Part shown: positions 39,917 to 54,113 of the stretch, piece after piece | Numbering within the stretch: position 1 is the stretch's first letter | Layout: every line of letters begins with the position of its first letter | Assembly: GCA_046483985.1 (NCBI GenBank) | Contig: JAWOCD010000084.1 | Span: 32,001-96,000 of the forward strand | DNA from: Promethearchaeia archaeon | GTDB taxonomy: Archaea > Asgardarchaeota > Lokiarchaeia > Sigyniarchaeales > SOKP01 | Direction of reading: 5' to 3' | Length of the DNA stretch: 64,000 nucleotides | Notes under the pieces: generated by a model | Told to the model about the DNA's origin: nothing | Databases searched by the model: none | What the model saw: the letters and a program-made list of their open reading frames with translations, nothing else | Position numbers and translations under genes: made by a program

Positions 39917-40591
39917 ATGAAGATTGTTGTATTTGCCCCTCATCCCGACGATGAACTAGTGGGTGCCGGAGGAAGCATATTGAAATGGCAAGAAGAAGGT
40001 CATAAAATTCATATCTGTTATGTTTCAGATGGACGAGCAGCTTATACATTTGAGAGAAAGACGGGGCGCCTGATTGAAAGTAAAGAAACACAGATATCGG
40101 AGGATGATCTGGCTGAAATTCGAATGCGCGAAATCGATGAAGTAATAGAATTCTTGGGATTACCCCAAGAAAATATTCATAAGTTCGGGCTTCCAGATCA
40201 AAATGTTAAAAATAGAATCGAATTAGGAGTAGAAAAAACGAAACCAATAATAATTGATGCAGATAGAATTGTTTTACCCAGTAACCATAATTCTCATGAA
40301 GACCATCAAGCAACTTTCGATATCGTGATGGATGCCGCGCAAGATCTAAGCCTTGAGAAAACTGAATTTTATATCTATGCACTATATGTGGTAAATAAAG
40401 CGCCAAAGGAAAAACAGAAAAAAATGAAAATTAAAGATTACCGAGGAAAAGTTCGAAAAGCTTTAATGCTCTATAAATCTCAAAGATTTATTAAACCCGT
40501 TCGTTCCTATTATGATGCGATAAAATATAAGCGAGTAGAAAGATTCGGTGTTTTTAAATTATCTGATTTGGGGGAGTATGAAAATTTTTAA
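39917..40591 (+). CDS. PIG-L/LmbE family deacetylase
   Basis: APHPDDE, R..E, H.DH, SQ. Confidence 0.92.
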   Translation: MKIVVFAPHPDDELVGAGGSILKWQEEGHKIHICYVSDGRAAYTFERKTGRLIESKETQISEDDLAEIRMREIDEVIEFLGLPQENIHKFGLPDQNVKNRIELGVEKTKPIIIDADRIVLPSNHNSHEDHQATFDIVMDAAQDLSLEKTEFYIYALYVVNKAPKEKQKKMKIKDYRGKVRKALMLYKSQRFIKPVRSYYDAIKYKRVERFGVFKLSDLGEYENF

Positions 40592-40651
40592 CTATTTTAA
40601 ATTAAATTCCAATATAAAAAAATTTAAATTATTAAAAAGTAGAGATTTAAT

Positions 40652-41290
40652 ATGGTCTATGAAGTAAGAAAGGATAAAATTCCCATTACCAAACAATATG
40701 TCTCCTTTTCAATCATAATCATTAATATCATTGTTTTTATCGTTCAACTATTGGATCCCGAAGGACTGCTCTTCGTGGAGGAAGCAGCTTTTATTCCCGC
40801 GGAATTTTTTGCAGGTAATAAACCTTGGACGATAATTATCTCGATGTTTATGCACGGCGGTTTTTTCCATATTTTAATGAATATGATTTTCTTTTATGTG
40901 GTTTCTGATAATTGTGAGAAGGCGTTAGGACATGGTTTATTTCTTTTGATATATTTGGTTTCTGGTATCAGTGCCGCTCTCTTGCATGGTGTTATCGCAG
41001 TATTGGGCAATCAGCCTAATGTGCCCACGTTAGGAGCATCAGGGGCAATATTTGGAATTATTGCGGTATATGGTATCCTTTTCCCAAATAATAAATTGGC
41101 GTTTTGGTTACAGTTCTTTATCATTCGATTGAAAGCAAAATATTTCGTGCTTGTGTATTTTTTGTTACAGCTGCTTTATGGATTTCTTCTATGGGGGGCC
41201 TCTTCCACTGCATATTTTGCTCATATCGGGGGGTTCCTTGCCGGAGCAATAAGTGCTCTCCTATTTAAACTCTTCAGCGATAAATATTGA
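40652..41290 (+). CDS. Rhomboid intramembrane serine protease
   Basis: FMHGG..H..MN, GASG, AHIGG. Confidence 0.95.
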   Translation: MVYEVRKDKIPITKQYVSFSIIIINIIVFIVQLLDPEGLLFVEEAAFIPAEFFAGNKPWTIIISMFMHGGFFHILMNMIFFYVVSDNCEKALGHGLFLLIYLVSGISAALLHGVIAVLGNQPNVPTLGASGAIFGIIAVYGILFPNNKLAFWLQFFIIRLKAKYFVLVYFLLQLLYGFLLWGASSTAYFAHIGGFLAGAISALLFKLFSDKY

Positions 41291-41355
41291 TTATTTTTGG
41301 TCCCAAATCAGAAATGGTATTAAAAGAAAAAAATTGCCCCCTAAGGGTCTCGTAA

Positions 41356-43173
41356 TCAATCTTGAATAACAGGTAACCTTAAAAATGAGCTATGCTCTTT
41401 ATCGCGCTTAATAGTAAGGTCAGGGACTCCTTTTGAGGGATAACGTGCAAATGATTCTTTATCGGCACCAGCTATGGCTAGGCGAATTCGGAATCCCTTT
41501 TTGAGGAGAATTGAGGTAGGATAAAGAGCGAATTTCAGCTCCATCAGTTCATTTGGAACTACGGGTTGAGCATCCTCCTTTTTACACGAATGATAAGGAA
41601 ATGGAATTTCATACGGTGTATCTTTTGAAATTTTCCGATGCATAAAACGGATCTGACCATCTGTGACAAAGTGTATCTTGTCATTTTCGTCCAGATATTC
41701 TAAATAGACTGCAACCATTCCATCTTTATGCGAGGTTGAAAGATAAAGTGTGACAATCGGATGACCAGTAATTTCGATTGATTTTTCTAAGGGATCACTT
41801 GTATAAGTTAATAACCGTTTGTCTTGCTCTTTCCTATCATAATAATTAACCGGGACACTTAAGAGTGTATACCAGCGATTTCTTATGCCGGTTGTAACGT
41901 TAAAATCTACTCTATACGAATCTTCTCCATTAGTTTCATAAGGTTTACTCTTTCTTAAAAAATTGTCTTCACGGAGATACCACTTTTGAAACTGTTGATG
42001 TGCTGGTGGCCAAGTAGTGGTTTTCTTCCATTTTTCCTCCCCCATTGTGTAATAATAGAGAATTTTCTTATTAGAGTGATCCTCCTTTAAGCATTCATCA
42101 TAAAATCGAATCCATTCTTGTATTTGTTCCTTATTGCTCAATTTGGCTTTATCTTTATGAGAAAAGTACGGATTTGCTCGATGATGGCCTTCATGATCCC
42201 AATCGCCAATCACAGCTTTCTGTGGTGTATCGAAGGTGAGGAAGCGTTCAATAACCATATTGGGCGTTGCAGAATCAAGCCAAGAACCCCAACAAAACAT
42301 AGGGACATGTGATTCCTCTATTTCTTTTTGATAATTAAAAATACTGATGTCATCGAAAATGAGTCCTTCCTCATTCGCGGGATCATCTCGATACGTCATA
42401 TTCCTAGCATAATCCATCGGATAAGAATTATTCAAATGGATTTGGGCAACTTCCTCTAACCTCTCATAGGCAGAATCAACAGGTTTAACCCCTCTTACTA
42501 GAAGAGAGGTAAGTCGAGCAAACCATGGCTTGATAGGTTTAAATTCTAAAAGGGCCTTGCCATCAGTTTGGTCAAGCGCTGCACCCAGACTGGACCAATA
42601 TTTTGTAAAAAATTTATTAAAACATCCCCCAGGAAATATGGCATGCGCATAAAAATCCCACGGATTATGTTTAATGATCGCCCCTTTTAGCGCTTGATGG
42701 TTCACAGATAAGGCTAATTCTGAGGTCATTCCAGTATATGAATTGCCCCACGTTACCACCTCGCCGTTAGACCATGGTTGAGAAGTGATCCAATCAATGA
42801 TCTCCGCCCCGTCATTTATCTCTTTCGGCCCCACGGGATATTCTCTATTGCCATAGGATGCTCCAGTGCCGCGGACATCAACCGTAATAATGGCATATTT
42901 ATACTTCACCATATGTTTACAAATTAAGGGATTTGTAGAATATTTAATAAGCCAGCGAAAGGGCATCTTTAAATCAATAGATCTCCAATATCTGGTCTGG
43001 ATAAGAATAGCTGGGACCCTTTCTTTTTCAGCTAGGTTTTTAGGAAGTAATACATCGAGAGCAATCTCTACATTGTCTCGCATCGGAATATAATGAGATG
43101 AGATGGTATATCTTCTGTTCGATCGTTCAATAGATCTTTCTTCTTCGGATAAGAATGGAGAATTAACAGTCAT
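41356..43173 (-). CDS. CocE/NonD family hydrolase (peptidase S15)
   Basis: MRD, DVRGTGASYG, QPWSNG, GNSYTG. Confidence 0.92.
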   Translation of the reverse strand: MTVNSPFLSEEERSIERSNRRYTISSHYIPMRDNVEIALDVLLPKNLAEKERVPAILIQTRYWRSIDLKMPFRWLIKYSTNPLICKHMVKYKYAIITVDVRGTGASYGNREYPVGPKEINDGAEIIDWITSQPWSNGEVVTWGNSYTGMTSELALSVNHQALKGAIIKHNPWDFYAHAIFPGGCFNKFFTKYWSSLGAALDQTDGKALLEFKPIKPWFARLTSLLVRGVKPVDSAYERLEEVAQIHLNNSYPMDYARNMTYRDDPANEEGLIFDDISIFNYQKEIEESHVPMFCWGSWLDSATPNMVIERFLTFDTPQKAVIGDWDHEGHHRANPYFSHKDKAKLSNKEQIQEWIRFYDECLKEDHSNKKILYYYTMGEEKWKKTTTWPPAHQQFQKWYLREDNFLRKSKPYETNGEDSYRVDFNVTTGIRNRWYTLLSVPVNYYDRKEQDKRLLTYTSDPLEKSIEITGHPIVTLYLSTSHKDGMVAVYLEYLDENDKIHFVTDGQIRFMHRKISKDTPYEIPFPYHSCKKEDAQPVVPNELMELKFALYPTSILLKKGFRIRLAIAGADKESFARYPSKGVPDLTIKRDKEHSSFLRLPVIQD

Positions 43174-43311
43174 TTTATTTATTAATTTTATATTGATTTT
43201 ATAGGAAATTAAAGTTCTTTCTATTTAAATAAATTTTTTTTTTACAGAGTGATAAATTAATCTCCATAAAAAATTCTATGAGATTAAATATCCGAAGATA
43301 AAGATCTGTGT

Positions 43312-43785
43312 ATGATCGACGGCATTGAAAATAAGGACAAGAGAGAGGAGGAAAAAGTAATTCAGATTGTTTGTCCGATCTGCGAAAAAGAACAATCTCT
43401 AAAAATCTCGTCTTCGATAATTAAAGCTAATAAACATTTAACAACTATATCGATTCCTAAGGGATTAATTTGCGAACATCATTTCCAAGCATACATTGAC
43501 AAAAACTATAAAGTGCGGGGTTATCAACAAGTCGACTTTGAATTTCCACTAAATAAAAATGAAAATATTGATAAGTACAGTAAGGGAGAGCAAAAAGTTA
43601 TAGTCAATTCGACCACAATTATGAAAAATGATAGGAACAAAAATTCAGTACCAAAGAACAATGACAGAAAAGAGATGTCTCTGAAAGAAGTATATGAAAA
43701 ATACTGGGATCTCATAGAGGATGACAGTAAAACATTTCAAAAATTTATAAAAAAGGATATAAGACGAAAAAGAAAAACGTTTTAG
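43312..43785 (+). CDS. Lokiarchaeal Zn-binding hypothetical protein
   Basis: CPIC...ICEHHFQAYIDKN..VRGYQ..D motif. Confidence 0.7.
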   Translation: MIDGIENKDKREEEKVIQIVCPICEKEQSLKISSSIIKANKHLTTISIPKGLICEHHFQAYIDKNYKVRGYQQVDFEFPLNKNENIDKYSKGEQKVIVNSTTIMKNDRNKNSVPKNNDRKEMSLKEVYEKYWDLIEDDSKTFQKFIKKDIRRKRKTF

Positions 43786-43870
43786 AGAATAAATCCAAAA
43801 AGGATATCTAATTTTAGAGAAAAAGTGCCAGAAAAAGAGATTTAAAAAAAATATAGAAAAATGGTAATGC

Positions 43871-44069
43871 GGAACATACTCCTCTCGTCTAAACTCCTTT
43901 GATTTTGCCTCATTCCGTAGGTCATATCATTTCCAAACAATAAATCCTTCCTTTTATGCTTTCCAATTTTAATTTCTCCAATGTGTATAACGTATTGCGT
44001 TCATGCGTGTTTATCTCAAAAATTGAGCTCTCAGATTCCAGCGCACATCTTAATTCTGAGCCTGAACCC

Positions 44070-44070
<1 letters not shown>
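43871..44070 (-). other. 3' trailer of the pre-23S processing duplex
   Basis: Eight collinear blocks complementary to 47447-47810. Confidence 0.85.
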
Positions 44071-47440
<3,370 letters not shown>

Positions 47441-47810
47441 GGGAAAGGTTCAGATTACTCGATAAGATCATGGCGGTACTGAGAGCCATAAATTATATCT
47501 CGAGATAAACATGAACGCAAAACTCAGAAAATTCTGAGTTCCCTATATTTTGGGTATACACATCATTGGAAACATTAAAAATAAAAGCATAAAAGTTGCT
47601 AATTTTAGCAACATTTATCTTAGGTTTGTCCGGTAAATGATATATGACATAATCCTTGTAATTGAGCAGAAAAAATATAGGTTCTACCCTATCACAAGGA
47701 GGAAATTATAATTCGGCATAAAAATCAAATTTTTCTTATTGTAACCCTCAAAAATTAAGGATTGCAACAATAAGAAAAATTCCGGAGTTGACATAGAGGG
47801 AGTATGTTCC
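47441..47810 (-). other. 5' leader of the pre-23S processing duplex, with branch hairpins and BHB-like motif
   Basis: GAGU/GCUC 4-bp helix with AAU bulge next to CUGAACC/GGUUCAG; local hairpins 47521-47540, 47595-47612, 47653-47700, 47728-47781. Confidence 0.8.
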
Positions 47811-48207
47811 TTCTTCAGTTATAATCGGTCAAGATAATAACTACATCTTTTCTTTCATAGCCCCATTCGAAAGAACTGGGAAGATACACCCATTTTGGGT
47901 GATGCCTCACCAATCCATTAAATCTCATCATTTATCGGTGTTCAATGAACCTCACCAAAAAGAAGGTGATGCCCATTAATAGAACCGATATAAGAGTCAT
48001 ATAGAAGTGGGGATATGATCGTACTAAGTAATTTGTAAAAGATTCGGTGAAATATAATCTTTTTGTTTTAAGATTAAAAGATTAAAACTTCAACGACGAA
48101 TTAATAGAGTATATTTTAGATTAAAAATTTTACGATTGCCATTCAAAAAATTTATAAGGTTTAATGTGGAGTGGCCTGAATGTGAAATTTAATTATTTCC
48201 TATAGGG

Positions 48208-48430
48208 TTGAACTACTTACGCCTAAAGGAGTGAGATTCATATTTTCTAATGCGTGATCATTACATTAGACAACATAGGTTGGTTCTCCAACCGTAAATT
48301 ACGGTTCTCCTTCTTTTTATAATTACGAGGTATTTTAATGGTTTTAACCACATCTCTATCTTGCTTATATTTACATTCAGAGGAGAAAAGGATTCTATCA
48401 TTAGGCTTAACTCTGCTAGAACCAAAAAAA
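48208..48430 (-). mobile_element. tnpB: Decayed tnpB 3' end with omega-RNA-like tail and IS200/IS605 right end
   Basis: Minus frame FGSSRVKPNDRILFSSECKYKQDRDVVKTIKI resembles a degenerate Zn finger plus the RuvC-III DRD motif; followed by GGAGAACCGTAATTTACGGTTGGAGA and a terminal hairpin ending TTCAA. Confidence 0.82.
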
Positions 48431-48442
48431 TGAGAGAATAAG

Positions 48443-49165
48443 TTATTTATTAATTAATAGAAGGAGAGGTAAAAAAATACTTAGGAATCCAATACCAATA
48501 AGGGCAGTAATTAATAATTTGTATATTAGTCTTTTATTTTCTGGATGTTTGAATTTGGAATAAAAAATTAAGAAATACGATTTTGGGGAGTCTAAAATTT
48601 TATTAAGTTCTGGAAGTGATTCATTTATCATATCCCCCGAAGATTTATTAACTATTCTTTTTACTTCTGAATTTACCTCTTTTGAATCTGGAACAATTAA
48701 TGCATAATTTCTAAATTTTTGAATATTTTCTAAAAGTAAGTGCAAAAATTTTTTTTGTCTTTTAGGTTGATCTATACCAAATAGCTGAAAGAGTTTATCA
48801 ATCGAAATTATTGGATTGCCCGCGTGATTAGGCTCTATTATATTATTATTTTTAAGCGCTTGTAAAATTTTAGCAAGGCCTTTCGCATCAATTAAATAAA
48901 AATTTCTTTTAAAAACTCCTTGAGAGCGCAATTTTCGGGTGAAATTAATAATATGGACGAGACTTAAATTTGGAATTGTTAATAGATCATTTTTTATTCT
49001 CTCTTCCGTGAAGGAACTATGATTCTTAGAGATTCTAGAGAGTTTAACGATATGGTCGTATTTTTTGACCCATTTTCTGTAATAATCAGCAAGCGAATTA
49101 ACTTCGCATTTCTTTAATAACTTTGCCGTCAAAGGATCAATTTTATTAGTTTGTTCTGGATCCAT
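48443..49165 (-). CDS. Hypothetical protein with single C-terminal TM (tail-anchored-like)
   Basis: Soluble basic body and C-terminal LLITALIGIGFLSIFLPLLLL. Confidence 0.7.
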   Translation of the reverse strand: MDPEQTNKIDPLTAKLLKKCEVNSLADYYRKWVKKYDHIVKLSRISKNHSSFTEERIKNDLLTIPNLSLVHIINFTRKLRSQGVFKRNFYLIDAKGLAKILQALKNNNIIEPNHAGNPIISIDKLFQLFGIDQPKRQKKFLHLLLENIQKFRNYALIVPDSKEVNSEVKRIVNKSSGDMINESLPELNKILDSPKSYFLIFYSKFKHPENKRLIYKLLITALIGIGFLSIFLPLLLLINK

Positions 49166-49308
49166 GATAGTTAAAGGAGGGATATTATATATTTACTAAG
49201 AGATTTATTTTGATAATTCTATATTATTATTAGATTGAATGTTTTATCTAAAAAATTTTTTAGTAATTAACTTTGGACTATGTTCCAGAAAAAATATAGG
49301 CTATTAAA

Positions 49309-50202
49309 ATGAGTAATTCAAGAAAAAATGACATTAATGATTCAAATATATTAATTGGTACATCTGGATGGGGATATGATGAATGGGTTGGTCCCTTTTA
49401 TCCAAAGGGATTAAAAAGTAAAGATTTCCTACATTATTATTCTCAGATATTTTACACAAATGAAATAAATACTACTTTTTATCAGATACCTTCTCATCGA
49501 CTTGTAAGGGGATGGGCGACCCGTACACCTTCCAATTTTGTATTTAGCGCAAAATTACCAAGAGTCGTGACCCATAAGCATAAATTAAATATTGATGCAT
49601 GCATAGAGGATTTAGAATATTATTTAATGTCGATGGATCCCTTGATACAAGCAAATAAATTAATAGCGTTTCTTATCCAACTTCCTCCTTCCTTTACCAA
49701 AGAGGAACATTTCTCGAATCTTAAAGATTTCATTGAAAATTGGCCTGAGGATTACCAAGAAGCAAGGTATAATTTAGTTGTTGAATTTCGTCACAAATCT
49801 TGGATGAATCAGGAGGTTTTTGATTATTTACGGAATAATGCATTAACATATTGCTCGGTCATTGAACCCTTACTTCCTCCTCGTATGAATGTAACCAATA
49901 AAGAATTTGCATACATTAGGTTTCATGGGTACGGGGAAAATATCTGGTTTAACTATCTGTTTTCAGAAGAGGAAATTAAGAAGTGGTCCAATAAAGTTAT
50001 ACAAGTCGTCCGAGAAGCAGAGAAAATAGGAATTTATTTTAATAACCATTTTTCTGGTTACGCTGCCAAGAATTCTTTCATGATGATGAAGGAATTAGAG
50101 ATTCAACCCCGTAATTATCCAAGAGACGTTAATATCTTGGAAATCAAAAAAAGATCTGGAACGATCTCGGAAGGGCAAACGGGGCTGGATAAATTTCTTT
50201 AG
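49309..50202 (+). CDS. DUF72 family protein
   Basis: IGTSGW, EINTTFY, QLPPSF, EFRH.SW, YIRFHG, YFNN. Confidence 0.93.
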   Translation: MSNSRKNDINDSNILIGTSGWGYDEWVGPFYPKGLKSKDFLHYYSQIFYTNEINTTFYQIPSHRLVRGWATRTPSNFVFSAKLPRVVTHKHKLNIDACIEDLEYYLMSMDPLIQANKLIAFLIQLPPSFTKEEHFSNLKDFIENWPEDYQEARYNLVVEFRHKSWMNQEVFDYLRNNALTYCSVIEPLLPPRMNVTNKEFAYIRFHGYGENIWFNYLFSEEEIKKWSNKVIQVVREAEKIGIYFNNHFSGYAAKNSFMMMKELEIQPRNYPRDVNILEIKKRSGTISEGQTGLDKFL

Positions 50203-50275
50203 AAGGGATTAGAACTTCTCCTTAAGAAATATAAATAAATCAAAAAAAATTATTTTAAATCAAAGAGTCAGTAAA

Positions 50276-51292
50276 ATGAGGAACAAAAAAATAAAAATTG
50301 GTTTTATCGGAGCAGGGTCCATTGGTAGTCTTTTTGGAGCTTATCTAACCAAGTTTCAAGAGAAGAGATCTTCAGGAGAGGAATCCAAGATCTCGGTGGT
50401 ATTCTTTTGTCGATCAGCGCATGCAAATCAAATTAATAAAAAAGGATTGCAGTTAGAAAATGAGGAAGGAATAAGTATTATCCGGGGAATCAAAGCTTAT
50501 ACAAATTCACAAGATTATTTAGTTGATGAAGAATTGAATCGCGAATCAATTTTTTTTGACTATTTGTTTTTAACGACGAAGACCTATGATATTAAATCTG
50601 CTCTTAATCAGTATAAAACAATAGTTAAACAATCGAAATACTTAGTAATCTTACAAAATGGCATTGGAAATGAAGAAATTATCAATAATATAATGCCCGA
50701 TATTAGTTTAATTCGATTAGTAACCACAAATGGAGGCTTTTTAAAGGAACCTGGTTATATCGTCCATACGGGGAAAGGAATTACAAAAATGGGAATTCCA
50801 AAAAGAAATGAATCCAATCTTGAGGCTTCTACAGCCTTAGGTGATTTGAAGCAGCTTTTAGAGGAATCTGGACTGAAATCACGAATCGTAGATGACATAA
50901 TTAAAGTATGTTGGGAAAAGGTATTTGTAAATATTGGAATTAATGCCTTTGGAGCGCTTACACGATTAAGAAACGGAGATTTATTGAAAATTGAGGGTTT
51001 GAAAAAGTTAATGAAAAGAGCAATTAATGAGGCTAAGAAAGTTGCTCAAGAAAGAGGAATAGATTTAGGGAAGAAAGATTTTGTTGAATTAACTTATGAG
51101 GTTGCAAGAAAGACTGCCGATAATTTAAACTCCATGCTCCAAGATGTTCGAAAAGGGAGTCCAACAGAGATTGATTTTATTAATGGCAGAATCGTGGGGT
51201 ATGCTAATCGGTTAGGAATTGAGGTCCCAATAAATGAAACAATAACTTATTTAATTAAGGGACTTGAATATACAAATCAAAGAAAAGAGTAA
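50276..51292 (+). CDS. panE: 2-dehydropantoate 2-reductase
   Basis: GAGSIG, LQNG, WEK..VN..IN, SMLQD..TEIDFING. Confidence 0.94.
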   Translation: MRNKKIKIGFIGAGSIGSLFGAYLTKFQEKRSSGEESKISVVFFCRSAHANQINKKGLQLENEEGISIIRGIKAYTNSQDYLVDEELNRESIFFDYLFLTTKTYDIKSALNQYKTIVKQSKYLVILQNGIGNEEIINNIMPDISLIRLVTTNGGFLKEPGYIVHTGKGITKMGIPKRNESNLEASTALGDLKQLLEESGLKSRIVDDIIKVCWEKVFVNIGINAFGALTRLRNGDLLKIEGLKKLMKRAINEAKKVAQERGIDLGKKDFVELTYEVARKTADNLNSMLQDVRKGSPTEIDFINGRIVGYANRLGIEVPINETITYLIKGLEYTNQRKE

Positions 51293-51294
51293 CT

Positions 51295-51825
51295 TCAGAC
51301 TTTTCTTACCATAAAGTAAGCATTTTCGCCGTCTCGATAATAACTTTCCTTTACTTTTGCCGTTCGATATTTGAATTTCTCATAAAGATTGATTGCCCTA
51401 TAGTTGGAAACACGTACTTCCAGGACAAATTCTTTTATATTAAATTTGCTAATTGCTGGCATGGACTTATCTAATAAGGAAGTAGCCACGCCTTGACGAC
51501 GATATTTTTCCAACACCGCAATTGAAACCAAATGCCCCTTTTTAATTAAGCGAAGGCTGCTTACTGAAGGAGCTCGTTCTACTCGCCACATTACGTAGCC
51601 AATGATTTTTTCTAAGTTATTGTTTGGGCATGCAACAAGAAACGCATCTGAATATTTTTCCAGAATACTTTTATAAAAGAAGTAAGGATAATCTTCCGGC
51701 AATTCTTTTTCATTAACTTCAATAACCCCCTCTAAGTCATCAATAGTGCACCGTCGAACTTGATAAAAAACGTCTTTTCCTTGGGGGGTGTAGGCGTTAA
51801 TATGGCTCCTTTTGTCGGTTCCCAT
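51295..51825 (-). CDS. rimI: N-terminal acetyltransferase (Ard1/RimI GNAT)
   Basis: LPEDY, GHLVSIAV..YRRQGVA, LEVRVSN, YYRDGENA. Confidence 0.9.
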   Translation of the reverse strand: MGTDKRSHINAYTPQGKDVFYQVRRCTIDDLEGVIEVNEKELPEDYPYFFYKSILEKYSDAFLVACPNNNLEKIIGYVMWRVERAPSVSSLRLIKKGHLVSIAVLEKYRRQGVATSLLDKSMPAISKFNIKEFVLEVRVSNYRAINLYEKFKYRTAKVKESYYRDGENAYFMVRKV

Positions 51826-51938
51826 ATAAATCTTTCTCGAAAAAATAAATATAAAATATCCGATTTATTCTGATATTAAATTTAATATATTTAAGCTTTA
51901 TTAAGTAAAGCAGTTAAATAAAGATAAAATTAATGTTG

Positions 51939-52742
51939 TTACTGGTTTTTTATTTTAAAAGCCTCTTTCTTTTGAAGTTTTATGTATTTGATGATTAAAT
52001 CAAGTGCGGATTTTATTGTTGATCTATTATCAAAATTCTCAAGCAAGCTAATAAGCTTTTCTTTAGGGTAATCTTTAAATTCACGAGCATATTTAATCAT
52101 TTTCGGTAAAGCCCTAATAATGTTATCTACAATGGTGACATCCGCCCATAGTGCTGTTCTGCTAATTGGATTTAAATCAACGGTAATAACCTTTTTTCCT
52201 AACTTTTTTAATGCCTCTGTTCTATCCCCATCTTCTAAGGGAACAAATACAGTATCTGCCCTTTTAATTCCTTTAGCATGCACAACGCGTCGGTTGCTCT
52301 CTAATCCATCTAATTCAACCATTTTCTCTTCATCTGTGCCAAGGAGATTAGTGGCTCCTGCGTTTTGTAACTTTTTCGTAATTGCTTTGATTCTTCCCCT
52401 TTTTCGATAAAATAAGTTAATCTCAAGGGGTGCATCAAGTATTTCAGATAACTTGACTAACTCATCTGGTACCAACGATGCAGTATTACCATTTACGCTT
52501 ATTACAGGGGTTTTTGAAAGATAAAAAAGAGCTACTGTTGCCTTTATCGCCTCATCCGCTGCCTCGGTTGTTTTCTCTCCAATAATATAATCAAAAGCCT
52601 CTCCTCTTCCATGTGCAATGAGTCCCGCCTCCGTTACAACCAATTTTTTCATATCTTCAATGATTTGATGACGATATTTTAAACTTTTATATCGGGGATG
52701 GGACTTAGGGACATCTTGTTGACCCTTATCGGTTGAATTCAT
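51939..52742 (-). CDS. Phosphopantothenate synthetase (archaeal PPS)
   Basis: SHPRY.SL, GLIAHGRGEAFDY, SVNGN, VPLEDGDR, DLNP.SRT. Confidence 0.94.
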   Translation of the reverse strand: MNSTDKGQQDVPKSHPRYKSLKYRHQIIEDMKKLVVTEAGLIAHGRGEAFDYIIGEKTTEAADEAIKATVALFYLSKTPVISVNGNTASLVPDELVKLSEILDAPLEINLFYRKRGRIKAITKKLQNAGATNLLGTDEEKMVELDGLESNRRVVHAKGIKRADTVFVPLEDGDRTEALKKLGKKVITVDLNPISRTALWADVTIVDNIIRALPKMIKYAREFKDYPKEKLISLLENFDNRSTIKSALDLIIKYIKLQKKEAFKIKNQ

Positions 52743-52841
52743 GCAAATACACTTCCTTTAGTTTAGTTCTCTAAATATATTAATGAAAAATAATAAAAAA
52801 CTATTAATCTTTTGTTTTATTTATTTGAGATGTAGATCACT

Positions 52842-54113
52842 ATGTCAACCAAAAAAAAGAAGAGAAGTGAACTAAAGAGATATAAGACAAAAAAGCTATT
52901 AGATTATCTTTCCGAAAAACGAGGGTTTCATACGGAATTGATATCTCTTTATATTCCTCATGATAAACAGATTTCTGATGTTAGGAATCATTTAAGAAAT
53001 GAAATAAGTGAAAGTCAGAACATTAAATCAAAGTTGACCAGAAAAAATGTATTAGATTCAATATCTAGTCTTATAGGACAATTAAAAAATCTAAATGAAA
53101 TCCCAGAGGACGGAGTAGTTATGTTTTCTGGTGCAATCCCTCAAAATGACACGGCAGGAACTGAAAAGAACGAACTATATATTATCGAACCTCCTGATCG
53201 AGTAAATACCTTTCGATATCACTGCTCTAATGAATTTTTATTATGGCCTCTCCGAAAAATGCTTAGACCCAGTGAAACCTACGGATTAGTCGTAATTGGT
53301 AGAAAAGAGGCTGCTGTTGGATATGTTTCGGGTAATACAGTGGAAATCAAGAGAGAATATAGTTCTGGAATACACGGAAAACACAGAGCCGGAGGACAAT
53401 CACAAAGGCGATATGAACGATTAATTGAAGAGGCAGAAAAACGCTTTTATAGGAGAATTTCCCGGGATATAAATAGGATTTATTTAGATATTGAAGATCT
53501 ACGTGGAATTTTTATTGGAGGACCCGGTCCTTCAAAAGAAAAATTTGTTCGAGACGAAACTTTAGATTATCGACTAAAAGATAAAATTTTAGATGTGGTT
53601 GATATCGGATATGGAGGTGCGGAGGGAATTCGTGCTTTATTAGAAAAAGTAAAAGATAAAATCGAGAATGTTAAATATATTCAAGAAAAAAAGCTGATGC
53701 AAGAGTTTATGAAGGAGATTTCCAATGATACTGGGATGGCCACATATGGACTTGAAGAGATACAAAAAGCATTAGACTACGGCGCTGTGAAAACGCTTAT
53801 ATTATCTGAAAAGCTTGACAAATTATATATCAAGATCAAATGTGAAAAATGCGACTACATAGCCGATAAAATCATCAAGGAAAAAGAATTGGAAGATTTC
53901 GAAGATCATATTTCAGACGAGGCTTGTCCCAAATGCCACTCAAATAACTTTAATATAATAGAAAGGAAAACAATTATAGAAGAATTGGGAGAAAGAGCAG
54001 AGGATATGGGAACAAAAATAGAAATTATATCCTCTGAAACGGAAGAGGGTGAAATGTTATATAGTACATTCGGGGGAGCTGTTGCTTTACTCAGATTTAA
54101 AATCAGTTTTTAA
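52842..54113 (+). CDS. prf1: Peptide chain release factor aRF1
   Basis: NIKS, YHCSNEF, GGQS, Zn-finger insert CEKC/CPKC. Confidence 0.97.
   Translation: MSTKKKKRSELKRYKTKKLLDYLSEKRGFHTELISLYIPHDKQISDVRNHLRNEISESQNIKSKLTRKNVLDSISSLIGQLKNLNEIPEDGVVMFSGAIPQNDTAGTEKNELYIIEPPDRVNTFRYHCSNEFLLWPLRKMLRPSETYGLVVIGRKEAAVGYVSGNTVEIKREYSSGIHGKHRAGGQSQRRYERLIEEAEKRFYRRISRDINRIYLDIEDLRGIFIGGPGPSKEKFVRDETLDYRLKDKILDVVDIGYGGAEGIRALLEKVKDKIENVKYIQEKKLMQEFMKEISNDTGMATYGLEEIQKALDYGAVKTLILSEKLDKLYIKIKCEKCDYIADKIIKEKELEDFEDHISDEACPKCHSNNFNIIERKTIIEELGERAEDMGTKIEIISSETEEGEMLYSTFGGAVALLRFKISF

Noticed and set aside
47860-47900. Weak 5S rRNA-like string (ccccattcgaaagaactgggaagata)
   Set aside because: No helix I closure or remaining 5S motifs, and it is on the opposite strand to the 23S gene
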